Source of the DNA: Flavobacteriaceae bacterium | GTDB lineage: Bacteria > Bacteroidota > Bacteroidia > Flavobacteriales > Flavobacteriaceae | Direction: 5' to 3' | NCBI GenBank assembly: GCA_039985375.1 | Contig: JBDWSS010000055.1 | Coordinates: 15,286 to 79,285 of the forward strand | DNA: 64,000 nucleotides | Part shown: positions 10,656-21,174 of the stretch, piece after piece | Position numbering within the stretch: the stretch's first letter is position 1 | Layout of the letters: each line of letters begins with the position of its first letter | Program-made: the position numbers and the translations under genes | The notes under the pieces: model-generated | What the model was told of the DNA's origin: nothing | What the model saw: only the letters and a program-made list of their open reading frames with translations | Databases searched by the model: none

Positions 10656-11102
10656 TTACTTAACAAACATTTTTTTCAATCCCGGCAAAATCATTAAAGC
10701 TACGGCAACAATGGTAAGGATAAAGAAAACGTTTAATCCCATTCCTATGTTCTTAACCGTCCCTTCGGTAGTGCTAAGGTTTGGATTGTTCGCAAATGTA
10801 TCTACAACAGCATTGGCTTCATCTGAAGATGAAAGACCATATGCTATGGCAACAACTACAGCCAATCCGCCGATGCCGTACAATGCTTTTTTAATGCTTC
10901 CTGGTGTTGACAATAATTTTTTGAATCCAAAAAATACTGTTGTTACAACAGCAATTGCCAATAGCAGATACATTATAATGAACATGGCATTCATGATACC
11001 ACTGTTTATTGCACCAGGGTCATCAGCTGATGGCAAACCAAACCATAGGCCCGTGGCCAATAGTCCGATTGCAATCAGTACTATTTTTATTATTTTATTC
11101 AT
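10656..11102 (-). CDS. small 4-TM membrane protein of the ExbB-ExbD cluster
   Basis: 148-aa ORF with four hydrophobic segments, packed tightly between exbB and exbD. Function unknown. Confidence 0.6.
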   Translation of the reverse strand: MNKIIKIVLIAIGLLATGLWFGLPSADDPGAINSGIMNAMFIIMYLLLAIAVVTTVFFGFKKLLSTPGSIKKALYGIGGLAVVVAIAYGLSSSDEANAVVDTFANNPNLSTTEGTVKNIGMGLNVFFILTIVAVALMILPGLKKMFVK

Positions 11103-11129
11103 GACTCTTGATAGTTTTTAATTTCGTAA

Positions 11130-11861
11130 TTATTTTTTGTGAGCAGCCAACATATCTATTAAAGATATAGAGGAGTCTTCCATGTCATTTACGATACTAT
11201 CGATTTTAGCAATGATATAGTTGTAGAAAATCTGAAGAATAATTGCAGTAATCAAACCAAATACAGTAGTCAATAATGCTACTTGGATATCACCTGCAAT
11301 CAAAGATGCGCTCAAGTTACCAACCGCCGCAATTTTCTGGAAGGCCGCAATCATACCGATTACCGTACCCATAAATCCAAGCATTGGAGCAATAGCGATA
11401 AATAAGGACAACCAAGAAACATTTTTCTCTAATTGACCCATTTGAACACCACCATAAGCAACTACAGCTTTTTCAGCAGAATCCAATCCTTCTCCCGCTC
11501 TATCTAAACCTTGATAAAAAATAGAGGCAACAGGACCTTTTGTGTTTCTGCATACTTCTTTAGCAGCTTCAACACCACCAGAAGCTAAAGCGTCTTCTAC
11601 TTGTTGTTTAAGTTTAGCTGAGTTTGTACTAGCTAAATTCAAATAAATAATTCTTTCAATGGCAACTGCCAATCCTAAAATCAAACATAAAAGTACAATT
11701 CCCATAAAAGCAGGGCCTCCTTGGATAAACTGTTCTTTCAAAACTTGAGTAAAACCTTTGCTGGCAGCAGCAGTTTCTTCTTGCAACATTGCTGCAGATG
11801 CAGTTGTTGTTCCCAAAATAAACATTCCAGCCACAGCCAGAGTATAGGATATTCTTTTCAT
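11130..11861 (-). CDS. exbB: MotA/TolQ/ExbB proton-channel protein
   Basis: 243-aa ORF with a signal-like N-terminus plus 3 TM segments and the conserved segment LFIAIAPMLGFMGTVIGMI. Heads the exbD cluster. Confidence 0.9.
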   Translation of the reverse strand: MKRISYTLAVAGMFILGTTTASAAMLQEETAAASKGFTQVLKEQFIQGGPAFMGIVLLCLILGLAVAIERIIYLNLASTNSAKLKQQVEDALASGGVEAAKEVCRNTKGPVASIFYQGLDRAGEGLDSAEKAVVAYGGVQMGQLEKNVSWLSLFIAIAPMLGFMGTVIGMIAAFQKIAAVGNLSASLIAGDIQVALLTTVFGLITAIILQIFYNYIIAKIDSIVNDMEDSSISLIDMLAAHKK

Positions 11862-11942
11862 TTCTCTTAAACTTAAATTTAGTTAGTTATTAATAATGTT
11901 AAAGATATAAAAATTTTATAATTGAAAAATTAAAATACCTTG

Positions 11943-12030
11943 CAGAGAGGAAGGGATTCGAACCCTCGATACACTTTTGGTGTATACACACTTTCCAGGC
12001 GTGCGCCTTCGACCACTCGGCCACCTCTCT
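11943..12030 (-). tRNA. tRNA-Ser (anticodon GGA)
   Basis: Folded by hand: 7-bp acceptor AGAGAGG/CCTCTCT, anticodon stem CACGC/GTGTG with loop CTGGAAA, long variable arm ATACAC/GTGTAT and T-loop TTCGAAT. No CCA is encoded. Confidence 0.9.
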
Positions 12031-12097
12031 ATTTCTAATAGTTAGGCTGCCCAATAAACAAAAAAATAATTAGTATTGGAAATTTGAGGCGTTAATT

Positions 12098-13129
12098 TTA
12101 GTGCATTTCGCCACGAAGCGGTGTTTCAAAAATTGTCTTGAAGAGTTTTCCGGAAACATTGGTGCCCAATAGATACATAGCTTTGGTAATAGCTGCCTCG
12201 GTCGTAATGTCCTTTCCGTTAATCAATTGCATCTCTTTTAGCTTTTGACTGGTCTCATAATGTCCCATGGAAACCGCCCCTCCGGAACACTGTGTCACAT
12301 TAATAATATGCAATCCTTTATCAATGGCATCTTTTAATTCTTTTAAAAACCAATTGTCCGTTGGTGCGTTTCCGGCACCATAGGTTTCCAATATGAGCAC
12401 TTTTAAGCATGAAACGTTAACAACAGATCTTAATACAGACCTATTAAGGCCAGGAAACAGTTTTACCACTGTAATATTGTCATCCATTTTTTTGTGGACT
12501 TGTAGTGCTTTTGATTTTGAAGGTCTTGCACAAAGATTGGAATGGTGAACTTTTAAATGCACCCCTGATTCAATTAACGGGGGATGATTTAAAGATGCGA
12601 ACGCTTCAAAATGTTCCGCATTGATTTTTGTAGTTCTATTGGCCCTATACAATTTATATTCAAAATACAGCCCTACTTCTTGTACAACCGGCTTTCCTTT
12701 TTCTTTTAATGCGGCTATTTGAATTGAGGTAATGAGGTTTTCTTTTGCATCCGTACGCAAATCCCCAATAGGGAGTTGAGACCCGGTAAATATTACTGGC
12801 TTTGCCAGGTTTTCCAACATAAAACTCAAGGCTGATGCGGAATAACTCATGGTATCGCTACCATGGAGTACCACAAATCCATCATAGCTTACATAATTCT
12901 CTTCAATTAGTGAAGCAATAGTAACCCAATAATCCGGATTCATGTTCGAAGAATCAATTGGCTCATCAAAGGACACTCCTTTTAATTTACAATCCAATTG
13001 GTTTAACTCAGGAAGATTTCGAATTAACTCTTCAAAATTAAAAGCCTTTAATGCACCCGTTTGGTAATCCTTGATCATACCGATGGTACCTCCGGTATAA
13101 ATAAGAAGAATGTTGGTCTTGTTTTGCAT
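12098..13129 (-). CDS. ansA: L-asparaginase, type I
   Basis: Catalytic motif LIYTGGTIGM near the N-terminus and HGSDTM further in. Start moved to the Met at 13129 (MQNKTNILL), which removes the overlap with tatD. Confidence 0.9.
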   Translation of the reverse strand: MQNKTNILLIYTGGTIGMIKDYQTGALKAFNFEELIRNLPELNQLDCKLKGVSFDEPIDSSNMNPDYWVTIASLIEENYVSYDGFVVLHGSDTMSYSASALSFMLENLAKPVIFTGSQLPIGDLRTDAKENLITSIQIAALKEKGKPVVQEVGLYFEYKLYRANRTTKINAEHFEAFASLNHPPLIESGVHLKVHHSNLCARPSKSKALQVHKKMDDNITVVKLFPGLNRSVLRSVVNVSCLKVLILETYGAGNAPTDNWFLKELKDAIDKGLHIINVTQCSGGAVSMGHYETSQKLKEMQLINGKDITTEAAITKAMYLLGTNVSGKLFKTIFETPLRGEMH

Positions 13130-13136
13130 ACTAAAT

Positions 13137-13904
13137 CTAAATACCAAAAACCATTTTGGAATTATCAGTCGTTATTGAAGCTATATCCTCGGATGACCTA
13201 TCATATATCAAAGCCAATTTTTCCAATACCTTAATTATATATGCACTTTCATTTCGCTTTCCACGGTACGGAACTGGTGCCAAGTAAGGAGAATCCGTTT
13301 CCAAAACAATATGCTTTAAATCAATCTGATTCAAAAATTGGTCAATTTTTCCATTTTTAAATGTAGTAACTCCTCCAATACCCAATTTCATATTATATGA
13401 TATCGCTTGATGCGCCTGTTCCAAGGTTCCTGTAAAACAATGGAAAATACCGTAGAGTTCCTCTCCTTTCTCTTGTTCTAAAATTTCAAAAATCTCATCA
13501 AAAGATTCTCTACAGTGAATTACTATGGGTAACTTGTATTTTTTGGCCAAACGAATTTGATATACCAACGCATCTTGTTGCTGTTTTAAAAAGGTTTTGT
13601 CCCAATACAAATCAATTCCTATTTCACCCACCGCACAAAACTTTCTTTCGGAAAACATTTTTTCAACATGCAACAGTTCTTCCTTATAATTTTCCTTCAC
13701 ATGGGTTGGGTGCAGCCCCATCATTAAAAAAACATTGTTAGGATATTTGGCCTCTAAATCCAACATACTTTGGGTGTAGGTTGAATCAATTGCTGGAATA
13801 AAGAATCGCTCAACCCCCAATTCCATGGCATTCTTAATAACCTCATCTTGGTCTTCATCAAAAGCCTCGCTATATAAATGGGTATGTGTATCTGTAATTA
13901 TCAT
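13137..13904 (-). CDS. TatD-family metal-dependent hydrolase
   Basis: 255-aa ORF with N-terminal DTHTHL, then the HCR and ETDSPYL motifs typical of TatD DNases. Confidence 0.9.
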   Translation of the reverse strand: MIITDTHTHLYSEAFDEDQDEVIKNAMELGVERFFIPAIDSTYTQSMLDLEAKYPNNVFLMMGLHPTHVKENYKEELLHVEKMFSERKFCAVGEIGIDLYWDKTFLKQQQDALVYQIRLAKKYKLPIVIHCRESFDEIFEILEQEKGEELYGIFHCFTGTLEQAHQAISYNMKLGIGGVTTFKNGKIDQFLNQIDLKHIVLETDSPYLAPVPYRGKRNESAYIIKVLEKLALIYDRSSEDIASITTDNSKMVFGI

Positions 13905-13909
13905 TTGTT

Positions 13910-14485
13910 TTATTGAGCTTCACTTTTATTATTTTGATAAAGATCAATTGCCTTTAGGTAATTTAAAGCACCTTGCTTGCTTTGATCAATTAAAAAACCG
14001 TCCAATTCAGGGTGGTTAGCTTTTATCCAGGAAACCAAACCTGTTCTATTACCTCCCCATTTTCCATCATTGAAAACCTCATAATCCGTAATTGTAATAC
14101 TGTAAATCTTGTTGCTCTTAAACTTGACTAATTCTTTTGTAATAACCGGCTCTTCGTTCAAAAAGAGAATTCTTGCACACTCTTTGGAAACCTTCATTTC
14201 AATATCCTCTCCCTTTTGTGCTATATCAAGAATCTGATACTTTGGTGCAAAGGTAGAATCCCATTGAAACAGAATATAGTAATCTTCTTTTGAAAAAACA
14301 CTTTTGTAATCCATTTCATTTAGGCGGACACTATCCAAAAACGACCTAATTACAATACCATGATTTCCTTTATTGAGCGCTTCAATGTAATCTTCAACAA
14401 TTTGAACTTTATCAACCTTACTTTTCTTCTGATTACAAGAAACGGCAATTATTACCATACACAACAATATGAGAACCTTGTTCAT
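13910..14485 (-). CDS. lipoprotein of unknown function
   Basis: 191-aa ORF with signal peptide and lipobox (AVSC). No recognisable catalytic motif. Confidence 0.6.
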   Translation of the reverse strand: MNKVLILLCMVIIAVSCNQKKSKVDKVQIVEDYIEALNKGNHGIVIRSFLDSVRLNEMDYKSVFSKEDYYILFQWDSTFAPKYQILDIAQKGEDIEMKVSKECARILFLNEEPVITKELVKFKSNKIYSITITDYEVFNDGKWGGNRTGLVSWIKANHPELDGFLIDQSKQGALNYLKAIDLYQNNKSEAQ

Positions 14486-14534
14486 TATTCTGATAGTTTA
14501 AGCACAAAAATAGGTTTATCTTTAGGAAAAATAG

Positions 14535-14978
14535 TTGATGAAATCTCTCAAAAAAATTCTAAAATCAAAAAACCACCTAAGAATTCCATTGGTACTTACG
14601 GAAACCAATCATTTTGAGATTACCGCCAAAATAAATGGAATTTCGGGTCGATTCATTTTGGACACGGGAGCTTCCAACACCTGCGTTGGGATGGATAAAA
14701 TTGATTTTTTTAAAATGATTTCTGAAGTTTCAGATATAAAAGCAGCAGGAGCTGGTGCAACGGAAATGGAAACCTTGGTCTCTTCCAAAAACAAAATCCA
14801 AATTGGTGATTGGAAGAAAAGCAAGCAAAAAATTGTGTTATTTGATTTAGTTCATGTAAACCAAGCGCTAACCTCACATAACTCACTTCCTGTGGATGGC
14901 ATTATTGGGGCCGACGTTCTTAAAAAAGGTAAGGCCATAATTGATTATGACAAAAAAAGCCTTTACTTAAAAAAGTAA
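14535..14978 (+). CDS. retropepsin-like (clan AA) aspartic protease, single domain
   Basis: 147-aa ORF with the catalytic LDTGAS motif and a later IIGADVL flap-like motif. Confidence 0.75.
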   Translation: MMKSLKKILKSKNHLRIPLVLTETNHFEITAKINGISGRFILDTGASNTCVGMDKIDFFKMISEVSDIKAAGAGATEMETLVSSKNKIQIGDWKKSKQKIVLFDLVHVNQALTSHNSLPVDGIIGADVLKKGKAIIDYDKKSLYLKK

Positions 14979-15007
14979 AGGCCAATATTATTTAAAAAGC
15001 TTAGCTT

Positions 15008-16225
15008 TTACAGTTCCAACGCTTTTTTCACATTGCCATCCATCAATAATTCTTCCGGACTTTCCAAAGCTTCTTTTACAGCAACCAAAAAACCAACAGA
15101 TTCTTTGCCATCAATGATTCTATGGTCGTAAGAAAGCGCTACATACATAATAGGCGCGATAACTACTTGACCACCTCTGGCAATAGGGCGCTCTACAATA
15201 TTGTGCATTCCTAAAATGGCACTTTGCGGAGGGTTGATAATAGGTGTTGACAACATAGACCCAAAAACACCACCATTGGTTATGGTAAAGGTGCCTCCGG
15301 TCATTTCATCAACCGTAATTTCACCTTCGCGCGCTCTAATTGCCAATCGTTTTACCTCAGCTTCTACGCCTCTAAACGTTAAATTCTCGGCATTTCTAAT
15401 AACGGGAACCATTAATCCTTTTGGGCCAGAAACAGCTATACTGATGTCACAAAAATCATAGGACAACATTTCTTTCCCATCTATCATGGAATTTACTGCG
15501 GGATACATTTCCAATGCACGAACAACAGCTTTGGTAAAAAAGGACATAAAGCCCAAACTTACTCCATGTTTCTCCTTAAAGGTTTCCTTGTATTGTTTTC
15601 TCAATTCAAAAATGGGAGACATATCCACTTCATTAAAAGTGGTCAACATTGCCGTTTCATTCTTGGCGGACACCAAACGTTCGGCAACTTTCCTGCGTAA
15701 CATAGACAGTTTGGAACGTGATTCTCCCCTACTTCCTCCAGTTGGTGTACCCATGGAGGGAACAGCTTTTACCGCATCATCCTTAGTAATTCTACCATCT
15801 CTTCCGGTACCGGAAACTGCTGCGGCCTCAATCCCTTTTTCGTCCAAAATCTTTTTTGCTGCTGGAGATGGGCTTCCAGAGGCATAGGTTTCTTTTTTAA
15901 CCTCGGCTTTTGGCGCTTCCGCTTTTGCAGGTTCTTCTTTTACAGCTTCCTTTTCCGCCACTGGAGCAGCATCAGCATCAGGCTTTGCAGCGCTGGTATC
16001 TATAAGGCAGACTACCTCACCAACAGCAACGGCATCACCTTCCTCAGCTTTTAAAGTTACAACTCCACTTTCCTCAGCAGGAAGTTCCAAGGTCGCCTTA
16101 TCTGAATCAACCTCTGCAATTGCTTGATCTTTTTCCACATAGTCTCCATCCTGCACCAACCATTCTGCAATTTCAACCTCGGTTATGGACTCCCCCGGTG
16201 AGGGAACTTTCATTTCTAAAACCAT
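15008..16225 (-). CDS. sucB: 2-oxoglutarate dehydrogenase E2, dihydrolipoyllysine succinyltransferase
   Basis: 405-aa ORF with a lipoyl domain ([13 protein letters not shown]), an Ala/Pro/Lys linker and a catalytic domain with DHRIIDG. Adjacent to sucA. Confidence 0.93.
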   Translation of the reverse strand: MVLEMKVPSPGESITEVEIAEWLVQDGDYVEKDQAIAEVDSDKATLELPAEESGVVTLKAEEGDAVAVGEVVCLIDTSAAKPDADAAPVAEKEAVKEEPAKAEAPKAEVKKETYASGSPSPAAKKILDEKGIEAAAVSGTGRDGRITKDDAVKAVPSMGTPTGGSRGESRSKLSMLRRKVAERLVSAKNETAMLTTFNEVDMSPIFELRKQYKETFKEKHGVSLGFMSFFTKAVVRALEMYPAVNSMIDGKEMLSYDFCDISIAVSGPKGLMVPVIRNAENLTFRGVEAEVKRLAIRAREGEITVDEMTGGTFTITNGGVFGSMLSTPIINPPQSAILGMHNIVERPIARGGQVVIAPIMYVALSYDHRIIDGKESVGFLVAVKEALESPEELLMDGNVKKALEL

Positions 16226-16252
16226 CTTATTTTAGTTTTATTCTTTTCTAAA

Positions 16253-19048
16253 TTATCTTCTTACCATGTTGTCCTTGGTCTTATCAAAGACATATGCTAT
16301 TACTTGTGCATGTCTGCGTCGTGAACGTACCGCACTACCAGCCGCTGGCGCCCCATAAAACCTTCTAGAAGCTACCCTAAATTGTTTTGCTTCTTCAAAA
16401 TGCATTAACAAATGACCCCAAGCGCCCATATTACGTGGCTCTTCTTGTGCCCATACCACATCGTCCGCGTTTTTGTATTTTTTGATAGTGTTCTGTATTT
16501 CTTTTGTTGGCAATGGAAACAATTGTTCCAGCCGCACCAAAGCAACATCAGCTCTTTTCAACTCTTCTTTTTTATCCAACAGGTCATAATAGAACTTACC
16601 CGTGCAGAACACCAAGGTTTTAACTTTGGATGCAACAGCCTCATCATCATCAATTAAGGTCTGAAAACTTCCGTTCGCCATTTCTTCTTTTGTCGACAAG
16701 ACTTTTGGATGCCTTAAAAGACTTTTTGGTGTAAAGACAATCAAAGGTTTTCTAAAACCAGCTTTCATTTGTCTTCGTAACAAATGGAACATGTTTGCCG
16801 GAGTGGTAACATCAGCTACATACATATTGTCCTTTGCACACAATTGAAGGTATCTTTCCATTCGTGCCGATGAATGCTCCGCACCCTGACCTTCATATCC
16901 GTGAGGCAATAACAAAACCAATCCATTTTGTAGTTTCCATTTGTCTTCGGCTGATGAAAGATATTGATCAATAACTATTTGCGCTCCATTACTAAAGTCT
17001 CCAAATTGGGCTTCCCAAATAGTTAAGGTCTTTGGGCTTGCCATGGCATATCCATAATCAAACCCCATAACCGCATACTCTGAAAGTAAGGAATTATAAA
17101 TGTGGAACTTCCCGTTTTGATTTTCCCCCATCTCATTCAATAGAATGACCTCTTCTTCGTGCATTTCGGTTTTAATTACGGCATGACGGTGTGAAAACGT
17201 TCCACGTTCCACATCTTGTCCGGTCATCCTAACATCATAACCTTCCTCAATCAAGGAACCATAAGCCAAAAGTTCTCCCATGGCCCAGTCCAATTGATTG
17301 TTTTCAAAATACATTTTATTACGTGCTCCAACCAATCGTTCCAGTTTTCTAAGGAATTTCTTTCCTTTGGGGAGGCCTGTAATACTTTTTGCAACCTCAT
17401 CCAATTTCTTAAGTTGATACGAAGTATCAATTGTACTTAACATGGCGTCTTCTGCAACTTGACCAAAACCTTCCCATTCATCTTGCATGAAGGGTGTAAT
17501 TCTTGTCTTTTCAACCTTTCGAGAATCCAATAAGTTTTCTTCTAGGTTTTTCTTGTATTCAAGTTCTAGATTTTTTACAAAATCCTTATCTATTATCCCC
17601 TGTGCAATAAGCTTTTCGGCATAAATATCCCTTGGATTTGGGTGTTTTGAAATAGACTTATACAATAAAGGTTGCGTGAATTTGGGTTCATCACCTTCAT
17701 TATGCCCATATTTTCGATATCCCAACAAATCTAAAAACACATCTCTCTTGTAACGCATCCGATATTCCAATGCAAATGTTGCTGCGTGTACAACAGCTTC
17801 GGCATCATCGGCATTAACATGCAAAACAGGCGAAAGGGTAACCTTGCCCACATCTGTACAATAGGTAGATGAGCGGGCATCCAGATAGTTTGTTGTAAAT
17901 CCTATTTGGTTGTTGACCACGATATGAATTGTTCCACCGGTGCGATATCCATCCAAACGGGCCATTTGTATAATCTCGTACGCTATCCCCTGTCCGGCAA
18001 AGGCCGCATCTCCGTGCACCAAAATAGGCAGTACTTCTGATATGTTTTCTTGGTGACCCCTATCTTGTTTTGCCCTGGTAATTCCTTCAACAACGGAGCT
18101 CACGGTCTCCAAATGTGACGGGTTTGGTGCAATGTTCATATTGACCATTTTTCCCGAATCGGTTTCCCGCATAGATGTCCATCCTAAATGGTATTTTACA
18201 TCTCCATCAAAGATGGCCTCCTCATAATCCTTGCCATCAAACTCGCTAAAAATATCTTTTGGTGACTTCCCAAAAATATTGGTAAGCACACTCAACCGCC
18301 CACGGTGGGCCATTCCCATGACAAACTGCTTAACTCCTGCATCTGCAGCTTTTTCTATTATTACATCCAAAGCTGGGATAAGCGATTCTCCTCCTTCAAG
18401 CGAAAATCGTTTCTGACCCACATATTTGGTATGCAAAAAGCTTTCAAATGAGACCGCTTCGTTTAATTTTCGAAGGATACTTTTCTTTTCTTCCGGGGAA
18501 AAATTTGGGTGATTGTCATTGACATTCAACCAATCCTGAATCCATTGAATACGATCAGGAGTACGAATGTACATGTACTCAACCCCAATAGCATCGCAAT
18601 ATATACGTTCTAGATGCGCTACGATTTTCTTAAGAGAGCTTGATCCAATCCCTATAATCTTGCCTGCATCAAAAACTGTCTCCATATCTTCTTGGGACAG
18701 CCCAAAATTGGAGATTTCCAGGCTAGGAATATACTTTCTTCGTTCCCTTACCGGGTTTGTTTGGGTAAAGAGATGCCCGCGGGAACGGTACCCGTCAATT
18801 AAGCGGATTACCTGAAATTCTTTCTGTAATGACTGGGGGATTTCAATTTCTTGTCCATTGGCAAGTGTCAATGCACCATTTTCACTGGATAAATCCAACT
18901 CTTCCAAGGAACTTTCCAAACCAAAATCAAAGCCTTGAAAAAAAGCCTTCCAACTAGGCTCAAGACTATCGGGACTCTTTAGGTACTTATCATATAACTC
19001 CGCAAAAAATGAGGTATGCGCAGCATTCAAAAAAGAATATTTATCCAT
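16253..19048 (-). CDS. sucA: 2-oxoglutarate dehydrogenase E1 component
   Basis: 931-aa ORF of full E1o length with ThDP-binding region motifs (HGDAAFAGQG, LLPHGYEGQGAEHSS). Confidence 0.95.
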   Translation of the reverse strand: MDKYSFLNAAHTSFFAELYDKYLKSPDSLEPSWKAFFQGFDFGLESSLEELDLSSENGALTLANGQEIEIPQSLQKEFQVIRLIDGYRSRGHLFTQTNPVRERRKYIPSLEISNFGLSQEDMETVFDAGKIIGIGSSSLKKIVAHLERIYCDAIGVEYMYIRTPDRIQWIQDWLNVNDNHPNFSPEEKKSILRKLNEAVSFESFLHTKYVGQKRFSLEGGESLIPALDVIIEKAADAGVKQFVMGMAHRGRLSVLTNIFGKSPKDIFSEFDGKDYEEAIFDGDVKYHLGWTSMRETDSGKMVNMNIAPNPSHLETVSSVVEGITRAKQDRGHQENISEVLPILVHGDAAFAGQGIAYEIIQMARLDGYRTGGTIHIVVNNQIGFTTNYLDARSSTYCTDVGKVTLSPVLHVNADDAEAVVHAATFALEYRMRYKRDVFLDLLGYRKYGHNEGDEPKFTQPLLYKSISKHPNPRDIYAEKLIAQGIIDKDFVKNLELEYKKNLEENLLDSRKVEKTRITPFMQDEWEGFGQVAEDAMLSTIDTSYQLKKLDEVAKSITGLPKGKKFLRKLERLVGARNKMYFENNQLDWAMGELLAYGSLIEEGYDVRMTGQDVERGTFSHRHAVIKTEMHEEEVILLNEMGENQNGKFHIYNSLLSEYAVMGFDYGYAMASPKTLTIWEAQFGDFSNGAQIVIDQYLSSAEDKWKLQNGLVLLLPHGYEGQGAEHSSARMERYLQLCAKDNMYVADVTTPANMFHLLRRQMKAGFRKPLIVFTPKSLLRHPKVLSTKEEMANGSFQTLIDDDEAVASKVKTLVFCTGKFYYDLLDKKEELKRADVALVRLEQLFPLPTKEIQNTIKKYKNADDVVWAQEEPRNMGAWGHLLMHFEEAKQFRVASRRFYGAPAAGSAVRSRRRHAQVIAYVFDKTKDNMVRR

Positions 19049-19273
19049 TGATAGTTTTTAGCTAAAACTTATCTCAAAATTTAGACAAAAATACAATAAA
19101 TACCATAGGCAGATAAACAAACACAGGCATATTTCACAATATGCTATCAAGATGTAAATTTATTCTTAAACCATATTTTTTGCCACTCCTGTCTATTATA
19201 AAGATATTTTAGTAATTTGCTTGAAATTTAATTCAAAATATCAACCTCTATATAAAAATACTAGAGGATTGAT

Positions 19274-19987
19274 ATGATTTCTTTTCCGAAATGCACAAAG
19301 CCCCCTTTTAAAAAAACATGGTCCCTTTTGATTGTGGATGACCATTTAAGTACCTGTGAAGGTTACATTTCCATTCTAAAAAATACCCTGAACATCAATT
19401 CGGGATGCCAGTACCGGTTTGAAATCTCGAATACACTTTCAGAAGCCAAACAAAAAATAGAAAAGGCCAATATTACAAATTGCTTTTATGATTTAGTTTT
19501 TTTAGATATCAGGATGCCTTCTGAACCTAAAGAACATCTTTTCTCAGGAGAAGATTTGGGCAAAATCCTAAAAACTTCAAATCCTAAAACCAAAATACTG
19601 ATTCTTACCAGTCTTATGGATCCCTTCCGGATAAGTTCCATTTTACAATCTATTGATCCTGATGGATTTATACTCAAAGGCGAAATAACCAAACATACCC
19701 TGCCAACATGTATAGAAAAATTGATGAGTGAAGATGTCTATTATTCTAAAAAGGTAACTTGGGTCATTCGAAATCATTTTATTTCCAACACTATACTCAC
19801 CTTTGAAGACAAAAAATTTCTCCATCTACTTTCCATTGGAATACCATCCCATAAAATTCCAAATCATTTGCCATGGTCTGTGGCCAAAATCAACAAAAAA
19901 AAACGGCAGATTCGGGAAATACTGAGTGTTGAAGAAAAAAACACTCTGGCATTGGTACACCGGGCCAAAAAACTGGGAATCGTATGA
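19274..19987 (+). CDS. response regulator with LuxR/FixJ-type C-terminal HTH (orphan)
   Basis: 237-aa ORF with receiver residues LLIVDDH, FLDIRMP, LTS and ILKG, plus a divergent C-terminal HTH. No histidine kinase is adjacent. Confidence 0.75.
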   Translation: MISFPKCTKPPFKKTWSLLIVDDHLSTCEGYISILKNTLNINSGCQYRFEISNTLSEAKQKIEKANITNCFYDLVFLDIRMPSEPKEHLFSGEDLGKILKTSNPKTKILILTSLMDPFRISSILQSIDPDGFILKGEITKHTLPTCIEKLMSEDVYYSKKVTWVIRNHFISNTILTFEDKKFLHLLSIGIPSHKIPNHLPWSVAKINKKKRQIREILSVEEKNTLALVHRAKKLGIV

Positions 19988-20114
19988 AAACTGTTCGAAA
20001 TATACACTTTTTGCACCCCCTTAACTCAAAACAAGACCATAGTTTTGACACTGTCCTAAATTTTATGCACAACATGGACTTATTAATAATAATGTTCAAT
20101 TAAAATTTCTAAAA

Positions 20115-20327
20115 ATGAGAAGATCTTTTTGTTATCTAGTTATGCTTTTATTTTCTTCGGCCACCTTGTTTGCCGGACATTCAAATTCAAAAGTTGAAGG
20201 GTATGATTTTGATTGCAATGATGTCCAAGTAACGGTTTATGAATTAAGCAGTGCCAATGGCATATCTGAAGATACTGCAATGGCAATTGCTGAAGCCGCC
20301 TATCATGCCTGCATGGAACCGAGTTAG
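20115..20327 (+). CDS. small secreted two-Cys protein (hypothetical)
   Basis: 70-aa ORF with a plausible signal peptide (MRRSFCYLVMLLFSSATLFAG) and an acidic mature part with 2 Cys. Only ORF-level support. Confidence 0.35.
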   Translation: MRRSFCYLVMLLFSSATLFAGHSNSKVEGYDFDCNDVQVTVYELSSANGISEDTAMAIAEAAYHACMEPS

Positions 20328-20364
20328 TTATATGCCCCCTTTTGGGAGCATGAAACTACAAAGC

Positions 20365-21087
20365 ATGAAAAAGTACTTTCACATCCTACATTTTGTATGG
20401 CTGCAAACGGTATCTGGCCAAATTTCAAATGCGAAGATTGTTTACAATGTTATTCCCTATGACGAGGAAATCAAGGAAACGTTGATTAGCAGCTATTTTG
20501 AAGATGCGAAAAAGGACTTACAAGACGTTGATATACTCTTACTTTGCCACGGGAATGAGTCATTTTTTTTTACTGAAAAAAAAATGGATACCCCAAAAAG
20601 CAATTTTCCGCTTTCTCTTCAACTAGCAGGGATCAAGGGCAGGTTCTATACCAACCTTTCAAAAAAAATCACCCTTGAGGAAAGAAGTGCCTATGGAGAC
20701 GAATTTGTTATCAGGTATGAACAATCCGACTTACAATGGAAGCTAACCAACGAAAAAAAGCAAATTGGCAATTATACTTGCTATAAAGCGACTTCAATAT
20801 ATAATGTAAAGAATAGCAAAGGCGAGTTTACCTTTCCGGTCATTGCATGGTATGCACCTGATATCAACCTGAACTTTGGACCAAAAAACTACAATGGATT
20901 ACCCGGTCTTATTATGGAGTTGACCGAACGCAGCACAACCTTTTATTTCAAGAGCTTAAAATTACGATCCCTCACGGAGAAAGAATTCAAACTAATCAAA
21001 AAACCAGATGATGCAAGGGCTATTTCTAAAAAGGAGTTTGAGGATATTGGAATGGATATAGGCCGAAATATATATAATAGAAACTAG
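20365..21087 (+). CDS. GLPGLI family protein
   Basis: Contains the family-naming motif NGLPGLI. Start moved to MKKYFHILHFVWLQTVSGQ (signal peptide) at 20365, rather than the longer ORF start at 20251. Confidence 0.85.
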   Translation: MKKYFHILHFVWLQTVSGQISNAKIVYNVIPYDEEIKETLISSYFEDAKKDLQDVDILLLCHGNESFFFTEKKMDTPKSNFPLSLQLAGIKGRFYTNLSKKITLEERSAYGDEFVIRYEQSDLQWKLTNEKKQIGNYTCYKATSIYNVKNSKGEFTFPVIAWYAPDINLNFGPKNYNGLPGLIMELTERSTTFYFKSLKLRSLTEKEFKLIKKPDDARAISKKEFEDIGMDIGRNIYNRN

Positions 21088-21174
21088 CTTTTCCAATCAG
21101 CCGATATGATTTGAAGCAAAAACTCAGTTTGAAAAATCAAACATCTATTCAAAAAATCAATCCTCTTTCTTTTA

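Noticed and set aside
10256-11121. Long plus-strand ORFs 10256-10663 and 10711-11121, antisense to exbD and the 4-TM gene.
   Set aside because: These are shadow ORFs opposite well-supported genes. Their translations are low-complexity with no motifs. The same applies to 15486-15887, 21973-22326, 24196-24642, 24845-25180, 26864-27229, 28627-28974, 29583-29876, 34850-35227, 40871-41257, 41091-41369 and 57753-58058.
20251-20364. Longest-ORF start of the GLPGLI gene, overlapping the 70-aa ORF.
   Set aside because: The internal Met at 20365 begins a proper signal peptide, and the extension has none.
20563-20584. T9-ACTG-A9 inside the GLPGLI gene, and an A9 run at 19895-19903 inside the response-regulator gene, as possible slipped-strand phase-variation switches.
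   Set aside because: They encode Phe/Lys runs expected in an AT-rich genome. Both reading frames are intact and I have no population data. Noted only as sites to watch in read data.
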